34,342 nucleotides of DNA from Candidatus Omnitrophota bacterium (GCA_028716305.1 JAQUQA010000001.1:1-34342), one strand, 5' to 3'. Positions 25,961 to 33,666 are shown, counted from the first letter of the stretch. Made by a program: numbers and translations. Notes: generated by a model not told the origin, from the sequence alone.

Positions 25961-26979
25961 CCAATCCTTCCTACCATATTCAGGTTTCTCGCCAGGTGGT
26001 TGCGATAAATCAATTCCGGAGTGATAAAATCCAGGTTATCGGGGTTCTCCCCGAAATAAGGATCAAGAAAACTTAAGTAATTTTTTATTACGCCGATCTC
26101 GGTAATGATCGTCTCGTATTCCAAGACCTTTAACCCCGCCTTTCGAAAAAGTTCCGACAGGGTAAGGATACTGAAAAACTGGATATGCGAATGCCCTCCG
26201 AAAACTCCGGCTTTTTCATGCATGACCCTGTTGACTAAGGCGTCGATACAAGGCAGGGAAACGTAAATGACCCCCCGTTCTTTTAATAACTTACCGGCCT
26301 CTCTGACGATCAAAAGAGGGTCTCTTAGGTGTTCCAGGGTATTCAGCAGGAAGATGCAATCGAATTTCATACCCAGGTCTTTTTTTAGCGGGAAAAAATC
26401 TTCCGTGAAAGCGATCCCTTTGTCCTTGAGGATGCCGTGGCACCTCCTGTTGGGCTCGATCCCGAAAACCCTATGCCCCCTTTTCTTGGCCTCGCTCAAA
26501 AGCGTACCCGGGCCGCATCCCACATCGCAGATATCCGCCTTTTTTTCTCCCGCGAAATAAAGTCCGGCGATATCCAGGCTGTAAGCGGCTTCCAGGGCCT
26601 GCATCTTTATCTGATGCTCGCTCTCCAAAACGTTTTCCCAGGAATCCTCGCTGGACCAGAGTTTTTCGTATTCCGCCCGATTGAGGATCGGATTCACGTA
26701 TACCAGGGAACAATTATTGCACTTTACATGAGGAAAACCGGACTTTACGAAGATGACGGTATGGTCAGCACTAGAGCACAGCGGGCAGTTACGCTTTTCG
26801 GAGAACTTCTCGAAGATCCTGCCGCTCTTTTTATCGATCCAGAGGTCATCATTATCTTCCCGGAACGCCATATGCTCCTGGCGCCGGGTCAAAAGATTGA
26901 ACTGCCGGGTACCGTAGACGATACTGGCGTCAAACTCGTTCCTGCGCCTGACTCTTTCCTGAAAATCGATCTTCTCCAT
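25957..26979 (-). CDS. SAM-dependent methyltransferase with an N-terminal Cys4 zinc ribbon
   Basis: CPLCSS...CNNCSLVYVNP forms the ribbon. Motif I is ICDVGCGPGTLL, with FDCIFLLNTLEHL also present. The ORF is open to 27030, but the ATG at 26979 (MEKIDFQ) lies 2 nt after the upstream stop and has a GGAG motif 5 nt upstream. Confidence 0.8.
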   Translation of the reverse strand: MEKIDFQERVRRRNEFDASIVYGTRQFNLLTRRQEHMAFREDNDDLWIDKKSGRIFEKFSEKRNCPLCSSADHTVIFVKSGFPHVKCNNCSLVYVNPILNRAEYEKLWSSEDSWENVLESEHQIKMQALEAAYSLDIAGLYFAGEKKADICDVGCGPGTLLSEAKKRGHRVFGIEPNRRCHGILKDKGIAFTEDFFPLKKDLGMKFDCIFLLNTLEHLRDPLLIVREAGKLLKERGVIYVSLPCIDALVNRVMHEKAGVFGGHSHIQFFSILTLSELFRKAGLKVLEYETIITEIGVIKNYLSFLDPYFGENPDNLDFITPELIYRNHLARNLNMVGRIG

Positions 26980-26981
26980 TT

Positions 26982-27431
26982 TTACTCCAAAGGGTATCTC
27001 AACTGCCACTTGCCTGATTCTTTTTTCCAAATCTCCGGGTTGCGGTGCTTATCCACGATTTCATTGAATTCCTTTTCGTTAAGATCCAGATACTCCAGTA
27101 CCTCTTTCAGGAATAGACTAGGGTATTCATGGTCATATTTTCTTGCCAGCTTAAGCCCTTCTTCCCGGGTCAACTGCCGGTTCTGGATCATCCGGCTGGC
27201 ATCTCTTACCGCCCTGCCAAAACCGAATTTTATGTATTGCAGATAATAATAGGCGTTATCAACCTTATCATCCAGGCTGTCAAAATCGGTAAAGGTGCCT
27301 TCGGTCCGACCTGCCGGACAGGTGTGAAAATCAAATTTATCCTTGATATAAAGGTAATTCTCATAACTGCTCCATTTAAAAAAATAACTGAAATACATGG
27401 CCTTTACCCCAGCCCGGCGGATCTTTTCCAT
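26982..27431 (-). CDS. C-terminal fragment of an N-acetyl-sugar amidotransferase (WbuX/WbpG/PseA family); part of a frame-interrupted gene
   Basis: The 149-aa ORF contains FDSLDDK, YLQYIKFGFGRAVRDASRMIQNRQLTREEG and FNEIVDKHRNPEIW, typical of the family C-terminus. Its reading frame stays open upstream as far as 27575 and so overlaps the end of the N-terminal fragment. Confidence 0.8.
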   Translation of the reverse strand: MEKIRRAGVKAMYFSYFFKWSSYENYLYIKDKFDFHTCPAGRTEGTFTDFDSLDDKVDNAYYYLQYIKFGFGRAVRDASRMIQNRQLTREEGLKLARKYDHEYPSLFLKEVLEYLDLNEKEFNEIVDKHRNPEIWKKESGKWQLRYPLE

Positions 27432-27517
27432 ATCCGGATAAATGTAGGGGTTTAAGTCGGATATTCCGATTTCTTCATCTACCCAGTTGCGGGGGTCATC
27501 TCCGATCTGGTGCTCGA

Positions 27518-28147
27518 CTACTTCGGTAAAATCACGGATTTTTTTGCCTCCTGGCTTAAGACCTTTCCGCCGTATTCACTCTCTCCGTGCTCGGCGTAAA
27601 AAACCAGCGGAATATTAAAATCCACCGCGGTCTTTACCGGAATGACGTTGATCCCGGCATCCCAGGCAACTTTTTGATTTCCCCGCTCGATAAAGAACCG
27701 GCGCGCGAGCCTGCGATGCACCTTCTGGTTTGGCCGGAAAAAGATGTGGTCAAACCCCAGCCGGATCAAAGCCTCGCGGTTATGATTACCCACTTCATTG
27801 GGGATCTGCGGAGAAAATGTCACCAAAAGCGGGTTCATCCCAAATTCGAATTTCAGCTTGTAGGCTACCGCGCTGCTGTCTTTTCCCCCGCTCCAGGGAA
27901 CAAGACAATCCCAATACCCGTTTTTGGAACGAAAAGGTTCGATCAGGCGCTGAAACTCTTCTTTTCTGGCCTGCCAGTCGAGATTAGCCCATTTTTCCTC
28001 GGCGTTCCTACAGGCATTACAGACACCGGATTCATCAAAGGTGATCCTGGGCCGGGAATTCGGCATCAGACACTTTTTGCAGTACGCAATTCTTCTTGCC
28101 GCTTCTGAAGAGTGTTTTATTTCGGCATTCCCCCTGGAAATATCCAT
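27518..28147 (-). CDS. N-terminal fragment of an N-acetyl-sugar amidotransferase (WbuX/WbpG/PseA family); part of a frame-interrupted gene
   Basis: 209 aa. The Zn ribbon is CKKCLMPNSRPRITFDESGVCNACRN. The PP-loop is VPWSGGKDSSAVAYKL. YAEHGESEYGG is also present. It ends 6 codons after an A7 run. Confidence 0.8.
   Translation of the reverse strand: MDISRGNAEIKHSSEAARRIAYCKKCLMPNSRPRITFDESGVCNACRNAEEKWANLDWQARKEEFQRLIEPFRSKNGYWDCLVPWSGGKDSSAVAYKLKFEFGMNPLLVTFSPQIPNEVGNHNREALIRLGFDHIFFRPNQKVHRRLARRFFIERGNQKVAWDAGINVIPVKTAVDFNIPLVFYAEHGESEYGGKVLSQEAKKSVILPK
27539..27545 (-). repeat. A7 homopolymer on the coding strand (T7 on the + strand) at the frame break of the amidotransferase gene
   Basis: The + strand reads ggaTTTTTTTgcc. 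The coding strand reads GCA AAA AAA TCC. One additional A would join the two fragments into a 388-codon ORF. Confidence 0.9.
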
Positions 28148-28152
28148 CTTTT

Positions 28153-28899
28153 CTATCCCCTTACTTCAACTCCCGATTTTTTTAAATACTGCTTCGCGCT
28201 TTTGATGCTATTTTCGGTGAAATGGTAGATATTTGTGGTGGCCCCGGCCTGCACCTTGCCGATTAAAAAACCATCGACAAAATCCTGCCATTTGCCCGCG
28301 CCACCGCAGGCGATCACCGGAATATCCACCGCATCAGCGACTAAGCGGTTAAGCCGGTTATCGTACCCTTCAAGAGAGCCGTCTTTTTCGATCGAAGTGA
28401 TCATGATCTCTCCGGCCCCCAGCTCTTGGGCCTTTTTTGCCCAGCTAACCGGATCCAGCCCCGTAGGCCGGGTGCCGAATTCGCTATAAACTTCATAATT
28501 GCCGCTGCCGTTCTCCCTGGTATCGATCGATACCAATACGCACTGTGAACCGAACAGCCTGGCCGCTTCGCTGATAAACTCCGGACGGTTTAACGCCTGG
28601 TAATTTATCGCCACCTTATCCGCCCCCAGGCAAAGCAGCTTTCGGAAATCCTCGATATCCCTTACCCCTCCCCCTGCCGTCAACGGGACAAAACAGCGTT
28701 CGGCAAAATCGCTGACCACGGAAAAGAAATTCTCCTTTTTTCCGGCGCCCGGCCGGGTGATATCCAGCACAACGATCTCGTCAACCGACCAGGCATCGAC
28801 AAAATTAAGCGTATAGCGGTAATCCGGCTGAAAGACCTTTGTCCGGAACAATACCCCATCGTTAAACGTTAATACGGTAATTACCCGTTTTCTCAGCAT
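28153..28899 (-). CDS. hisF: HisF-like cyclase subunit (WbuZ type, glycan amidation-associated)
   Basis: 248 aa. The KRVITVLTFNDGVLFRTKVFQ start is typical of the WbuZ subgroup. GADKVAIN, EIMITSIEKDGSLEGYD and PVIACGGAGK blocks of the HisA/HisF barrel are present. Confidence 0.88.
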   Translation of the reverse strand: MLRKRVITVLTFNDGVLFRTKVFQPDYRYTLNFVDAWSVDEIVVLDITRPGAGKKENFFSVVSDFAERCFVPLTAGGGVRDIEDFRKLLCLGADKVAINYQALNRPEFISEAARLFGSQCVLVSIDTRENGSGNYEVYSEFGTRPTGLDPVSWAKKAQELGAGEIMITSIEKDGSLEGYDNRLNRLVADAVDIPVIACGGAGKWQDFVDGFLIGKVQAGATTNIYHFTENSIKSAKQYLKKSGVEVRG

Positions 28900-28904
28900 G
28901 GTTT

Positions 28905-29513
28905 TTAAGATTTTTTTAAAAAGTTATCCAGTAATTTCAAACCCGCGAGCTGGCTTTTCTCCGGATGAAATTGCGTCGCGTAAATGTTATCCTGCTGGAT
29001 CACGGCGCTGAAGCGGACACCGTATTCCGACTCTCCAAAGACAATACCCGAGTCATCCGGCCGCAGATAGAAACTGTGCACGTAATAAAAAAGGTCTTCT
29101 TTTTCGACCCCATCAAAGAGAATACTGCTTTTTTTCTGAAAAAGATCGTTCCACCCCACGTGCGGGACAGGCAAACCCTGCTCGGGTAACCTGACTACCG
29201 AGGCGGGGATCCAGCCCAGGCCCTTATGCCGGCCAAACTCAAAACTTTCCCCGGCGAATAGCTGCGCCCCCAGGCAAATCCCCAGGATCGGCTTCTTTTC
29301 CCCGATCACCATCCGGCTAAGTACTTCTCTCAGGCCAAAGGCGGCCAGGTTATTCATTCCGTCCCCAAAAGCGCCTACACCCGGAAGGATCAGCTTATCC
29401 GCCTGCTCAAGCGCCGCATGGTCCCGGGTCACCATCGCCTCAAAACCCAGGCGCTTTACCGCCGCGTAAACCGACTTGAGATTACCTAACCCATAATCAA
29501 CTATGGCAATCAT
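28905..29513 (-). CDS. hisH: HisH-like class I glutamine amidotransferase subunit (WbuY type)
   Basis: The ATG at 29513 gives MIAIVDYGLGNLKSV, the canonical HisH start, 5 nt after the upstream stop. The longer ORF to 29558 overlaps the upstream gene. The nucleophile is in ILGICLGAQL and the His/Glu pair in QFHPEKS. Confidence 0.88.
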   Translation of the reverse strand: MIAIVDYGLGNLKSVYAAVKRLGFEAMVTRDHAALEQADKLILPGVGAFGDGMNNLAAFGLREVLSRMVIGEKKPILGICLGAQLFAGESFEFGRHKGLGWIPASVVRLPEQGLPVPHVGWNDLFQKKSSILFDGVEKEDLFYYVHSFYLRPDDSGIVFGESEYGVRFSAVIQQDNIYATQFHPEKSQLAGLKLLDNFLKKS

Positions 29514-29518
29514 CGCTA

Positions 29519-31195
29519 TCAACCTTCGCCTATCTTTACGCCAAAGGCGCTTACCCAATCCTGAAAAGCCATATTCTTGTATTCGCTGCGGTCATATTTG
29601 CCGTTTTTCCCCCAGCCAAACCAGTGGTTTATCGGGGCGCTGAAACCCCGCTTATCCACCCTTTCGGCGATCTCTTTGGGAATGAATTTCTTTGCCACTT
29701 TTTTCAGGATCCACTTGGTTACGCCGTTTTTAATTTTGTATTTTGACGGCATACTGAAGGCAAACTGAATCAGGCGATAATCCAAAAAAGGAGAACGGTT
29801 TTCCACGGCAAAAGCCATGTTTATGCGGTCGGAAAACTGCAAGAGTTCCTGCATGGTAGTGTAAAAATCGGTTACTCCCATGGCGTGGATATGGTCGTGC
29901 CCCATCTTTGAAAAATAGAATCCGATATTTTCTTCCAGATACCTGCTTACTTCCTTGTCATAACGGTTCTCGCAGCGGTTGACGATCCGGGTATATCTTT
30001 CCACCGGTGACCCGTAGTAACGATCAACCAGGTAAGAGTACCTCTCCAGCGCTTTTAAATTCTTGATCTGTTCGTCATGGTGCAGAAGGTGATAACGGTG
30101 ATACCCGGAGAAGATCTCATCTGCGCCGTCACCGGAAAGGACCACCTTGATATCCTTGATCGCCCTCTCTAAAAGCATCCAAAGGCTGAAACTCGTCCAG
30201 GTACATGGGGTATCAAGATGATAGATGATCTTTCGGCGGGTGCGCTCAAAGTCCGCCTGGGTCGGACGCACGATGATCAGGCGTTTATTAATTTTTTTGG
30301 CCACTAACTTTGCGTAATCCAGTTCATCATAATCGTTCTTGATATCAAAATGGCAGGTATAGAGATAATCAGGCTTGGCGATACAGGCTACCAGGGCGCT
30401 ATCCACCCCTCCACTGACAAAAGTCCCGAAACGATGCACGCAATTCTTCGTCCTTAAGGTAATAGCGTCTACCAACAGGTCGGAAAGCCTGGACTCTATC
30501 TTCTTGAGGTTATCCGGTAGATAAATCAGATTGTCCCAGACCTTCCAGTAGGCGTGCTTGGTCAAGCGGCCCTGGCGATCGATTTTCAGGTACTCTCCCG
30601 GTAAAAGGCAATAAATATCCTTAAAAAGCGTCTCTTCCCCGGTATTGAATTCATAGGCATGATAAGATATGCAATCTTTGTTTAATGCCGGAGTGATTAC
30701 CTCCAGGAGGGCCTTGATCTCGCTGGCAAAGGCAAAGAACTTGTCGTTATTTACGTAATACAGTGGTTTTTCCCCTGCCTTGTCGCGGACGATATAAAGT
30801 TCTTCTTTCAGGGAATCATGCAGGGCAAAGGCAAACATACCATTGTAATCGGAAAAAGACTTAACCCCCTGATGCAGAAAATGGCTTAATACCGTTTCCG
30901 CGTCTGAAGAGCTGCTAAAGCGGTATTTTCCCCGGTAAAGCCCGCGGATCTGTTCGTGGTTATAGACTTCTCCGTTGTAAACTATAGCCGCGGTCTTATC
31001 TTTGTTCTCATAAGGGATCAGATGCTTCTCCTTATCGATAATGCTTAGGCGCACTGAGCCCAAAGCAAGGTCGCCCCGCAGATAAACCCCGGACTGGTCC
31101 GGCCCACGGTGCCCGATGCGTTCCAGCATCTTCTTTACCGTTTTTTCCGGCAAAACGGCGCCCTTTTTACGCAAGTAACCGGCTATTCCGCACAT
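29519..31195 (-). CDS. asnB: Asparagine synthase (glutamine-hydrolysing) family amidotransferase, second copy
   Basis: 558 aa. MCGIAGY gives the Cys2 nucleophile. RGPD, VRLSIID and NGEVYNH blocks are present, with the PP-loop VSGGVDSA. Confidence 0.88.
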   Translation of the reverse strand: MCGIAGYLRKKGAVLPEKTVKKMLERIGHRGPDQSGVYLRGDLALGSVRLSIIDKEKHLIPYENKDKTAAIVYNGEVYNHEQIRGLYRGKYRFSSSSDAETVLSHFLHQGVKSFSDYNGMFAFALHDSLKEELYIVRDKAGEKPLYYVNNDKFFAFASEIKALLEVITPALNKDCISYHAYEFNTGEETLFKDIYCLLPGEYLKIDRQGRLTKHAYWKVWDNLIYLPDNLKKIESRLSDLLVDAITLRTKNCVHRFGTFVSGGVDSALVACIAKPDYLYTCHFDIKNDYDELDYAKLVAKKINKRLIIVRPTQADFERTRRKIIYHLDTPCTWTSFSLWMLLERAIKDIKVVLSGDGADEIFSGYHRYHLLHHDEQIKNLKALERYSYLVDRYYGSPVERYTRIVNRCENRYDKEVSRYLEENIGFYFSKMGHDHIHAMGVTDFYTTMQELLQFSDRINMAFAVENRSPFLDYRLIQFAFSMPSKYKIKNGVTKWILKKVAKKFIPKEIAERVDKRGFSAPINHWFGWGKNGKYDRSEYKNMAFQDWVSAFGVKIGEG

Positions 31196-31199
31196 ATGA

Positions 31200-32525
31200 T
31201 TATTTTGCCAGGTTTAGCGTGCCGTCACCGACACGATGATACTTTATATTTTTTCCGAAATCCAGGCCATCCCAGATTCCGTAATTATCGATGACCAGCT
31301 TAGTATGTTTTTTAATTCTTTTTAACTCATTTTGCCTTAGTGTCTTATACTGGTTATGGTCACAGGCAACAACAATTACCTCAGCGTCGAAGACACTACC
31401 GGGAAAATCACTCACCTTTGCCCCTTTGACGTATTTATTTAATTCCGCGGAGGAACAAAACGGATCGTGTAAAATCACCTTTAATGAATTCTTCAAAAGG
31501 TATTCTGCCATGGTCACTGACGGAGAAAGTGTCAGGTCCTTCTGGTTCCCCTTATAGGTAACACCCAGTATGGCCACACTCTTATATGAGCTGCGGATGA
31601 GATACTCCGCATAGGTCAGCACCGAAGATATGTTGATATCCTGGAATTCCTTCAACAAGGTCAGGCTCTCCTGATTAGCGCTGCCTTCGATCAGGTAATC
31701 GATGGCAAAGGTCATTTTCGCCCCTCCCGTCCCGATATTCAACTTGCAATCATCAAAGTTCATGTTTCTGAAGATTGAACGGGAGATCTTCCCCAGGTCA
31801 ACCCCGGGATAGCCGATGGCCAGCTGCCGCATAAAATCAATGGCCATCGCCTGGATCGCGGCAATGGAATTTACATAGATCTCGGCTTCCTTGACGCTGT
31901 TTAGGGCCACCACCGGCATTTCGAAATATGCGGAGAGTTTTCCAACCGCAGCCAGCCCTCTGGCATCGCAAGATGAAATGACCAGGCGGTCCTTTCCGGC
32001 CATAAAAGACTCGAAGCTCCAATCCGTCCTGAACATCGTGCCCAGATAATAATCCCTGCCCGGAAGCAGGTTTGCTTTTTTGAGCTTTTCAACAAAATTA
32101 TTCTCGATATGCCCGGGGATAAAAGCCGATTCAAAGACGACCAAGGGGCGCGCCCCGCCTTTCTTAAGGTATTTAGCGAACAGATCGGCAAGCCTTGCCG
32201 CGATATTTTCCGATCCGATATTCTTGTGGCTCTCGGGGATGGTGATAATGTGCAAGAGGGTTCCAGCAAACATCTCTTTGGGGGTTTTCGCGATCTTAAC
32301 TCTTTCATAATCCGGCTGGGGCAGATAACCCGATATTGACCAGACCGCCCGCTGGTTACGGTCCGGGTAATTCCTGTTCCGGAAGGCCTCTAGTTGGGGG
32401 GTTTTTAAATCAAAGGCATTTATTTTGAATCCGCTATTCTGCAATTTGCAGATAGTCGTGTAACCCAGATAACCTAAACCCCAAACAGAAACCGTCTTAT
32501 TCAAAAATATATTCTCCTGGGCCAT
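31200..32525 (-). CDS. UDP-glucose/GDP-mannose dehydrogenase-family protein, divergent; catalytic Cys/Lys/Asn positions apparently not conserved
   Basis: 441 aa. The N-terminal Rossmann motif is VSVWGLGYLGYTTICKL followed by NAFD. The C-terminal nucleotide-sugar domain signature is VAILGVTYKGNQKDLTLSP...LKVILHDPF. The central helix and active-site loop read AEIYVNSIAAIQAMAIDFMRQL and GTGGAKMTFAIDYL. The family pattern as I recall it is AE..K..EN..RD.NIA..NE. and G.GGHCI.VDPYYL. Confidence 0.7.
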   Translation of the reverse strand: MAQENIFLNKTVSVWGLGYLGYTTICKLQNSGFKINAFDLKTPQLEAFRNRNYPDRNQRAVWSISGYLPQPDYERVKIAKTPKEMFAGTLLHIITIPESHKNIGSENIAARLADLFAKYLKKGGARPLVVFESAFIPGHIENNFVEKLKKANLLPGRDYYLGTMFRTDWSFESFMAGKDRLVISSCDARGLAAVGKLSAYFEMPVVALNSVKEAEIYVNSIAAIQAMAIDFMRQLAIGYPGVDLGKISRSIFRNMNFDDCKLNIGTGGAKMTFAIDYLIEGSANQESLTLLKEFQDINISSVLTYAEYLIRSSYKSVAILGVTYKGNQKDLTLSPSVTMAEYLLKNSLKVILHDPFCSSAELNKYVKGAKVSDFPGSVFDAEVIVVACDHNQYKTLRQNELKRIKKHTKLVIDNYGIWDGLDFGKNIKYHRVGDGTLNLAK

Positions 32526-32526
32526 C

Positions 32527-33666
32527 TTAGCCTCCGCCTTTCAATACCTGATTGACATTATCGATCACATACTCCACGTCCTGGTCCGACATGCCGGGAA
32601 ATAAAGGAATTGATACCGCCTCCCCGTATGCCTTATCCGCGACAGGAAACTTCTTTTTTGAGATCTTCTTGTAAAATGGATGCCGGTGCAAGGGGATAAA
32701 ATGCACGCTGCAACCGATATTTCTCTCTTTAAGCTTACCGACAAATTCATCGCGGGGGATAATTTCTTTATCGATCCTGATCAGAAAAAGATGATAATTA
32801 TGGAAATTTTCCTGCGAGTCTTCGGTGAACCTTATCCTTTTATCCAGGCCGCGCCTGTACATCCCGGCGATCTCTCTGCGGCGCAGGTTCATTTCTTCGA
32901 GTTTAGCCAGCTGCACCAGGCCGATTGCCGCGTGGATGCTGTCCATATTATATTTATAACCGAGTTCCTCGATTTCATAATACCAGCTGCCTTTTTGGGT
33001 ATAGCGGTCAAAGGCGCGCTTATTTATCCCGAAATAGCTCAGCTTTCTGATTTTTTCGATCGTTTTCCTGTTCCGGGAAACAACCATCCCCCCTTCGCCG
33101 CAAGCCAGATTTTTCGTGGCATAGAAACTAAAAGCGGTCAGATCGCCGAATCCTCCGATCTTTTTCCCTTTATAGGCCGTGCCGCAGGCGTGTGCCGCGT
33201 CTTCAATGACGGCTAACTTGTGTTTTTTCGCGATCCGGCAGATTTCATTCATGGCGCAAGGGTAACCGGCAAAATGCACCGGGATGATCGCTTTGGTCTT
33301 TTTGCCGATTGACTTTTCCAGGGCCCTGACATCGATATTCAAGGAAGATTCTTCGACATCGCAAAGCACGGGCCTTGCCCCGGTCCAGAGCACCACGTGC
33401 GCGGTGGCGACAAATGTCCAGGTCGGGACGACCACTTCATCATGCGGGCCGATCCCCTGGCTTAAAAGCCCGAGGAACAATCCGGCGGTGCAGGAATTCA
33501 GGGCCGCGGCATGGAAGCCTTCTCCCAGGTATTCGCAAAATCTTTCTTCAAATTCCGTTACTTTCGGGCCGGTAGTCAAATGGCCCGACCTAATCACTTC
33601 CGCGGCCGCCTCGATCTCTGCCTGGGAAAAACACGGCCTGGCAAATGGTAGAAAATCCTTACGCAT
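32527..33666 (-). CDS. DegT/DnrJ/EryC1 PLP aminotransferase, ArnB-like
   Basis: 379 aa. The blocks FLPFARP, SGHLTTGPK..EFEERFC, IPVHFAG, VIEDAAHA, SFYATKN (PLP Lys), GYKYNMDSIHAAIGLVQLAKLEEMNLRRREIA, NYHLFLIRID and LKERNIG resemble my memory of E. coli ArnB. There is an ATGCGTAA 8-nt overlap with the upstream gene. Confidence 0.88.
   Translation of the reverse strand: MRKDFLPFARPCFSQAEIEAAAEVIRSGHLTTGPKVTEFEERFCEYLGEGFHAAALNSCTAGLFLGLLSQGIGPHDEVVVPTWTFVATAHVVLWTGARPVLCDVEESSLNIDVRALEKSIGKKTKAIIPVHFAGYPCAMNEICRIAKKHKLAVIEDAAHACGTAYKGKKIGGFGDLTAFSFYATKNLACGEGGMVVSRNRKTIEKIRKLSYFGINKRAFDRYTQKGSWYYEIEELGYKYNMDSIHAAIGLVQLAKLEEMNLRRREIAGMYRRGLDKRIRFTEDSQENFHNYHLFLIRIDKEIIPRDEFVGKLKERNIGCSVHFIPLHRHPFYKKISKKKFPVADKAYGEAVSIPLFPGMSDQDVEYVIDNVNQVLKGGG

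Noticed and set aside
26437-27246. A 269-aa plus-strand ORF, the longest plus-strand ORF in the window.
   Set aside because: It is antisense to two minus-strand genes with clear family motifs (a Zn-ribbon methyltransferase and the amidotransferase C-terminus) and runs straight across their junction. Its translation is a low-complexity Leu/Pro/Arg/Ser-rich sequence with no recognisable motif. This is the typical shadow ORF of a well-supported opposite-strand gene.
27432-27517. An apparent 86-nt intergenic gap, the only sizeable one in the window, considered as a candidate promoter or regulatory region.
   Set aside because: The stretch is open in the frame of the downstream fragment and encodes family-consistent sequence (IRDFTEVVEHQIGDDPRNWVDEEIGISDLNPYIYPD). 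It is therefore the interior of a frame-interrupted gene, not a spacer.
28153-29513. hisH/hisF interpreted as histidine-biosynthesis genes.
   Set aside because: No other his genes are present. The pair is sandwiched between an AsnB-type enzyme and a WbuX/PseA-type amidotransferase, which is the established WbuX/WbuY/WbuZ context for glycan acetamidino formation. The HisF-like N-terminus (VITVLTFNDGVLFRTKVFQ) resembles the WbuZ subgroup.
31200-32525. Labelling this gene ugd/wecC (UDP-sugar 6-dehydrogenase).
   Set aside because: The fold-level motifs fit, but the positions of the catalytic Cys and of the Lys/Asn/Asp helix do not appear conserved. I report only family membership and flag the anomaly as a finding.
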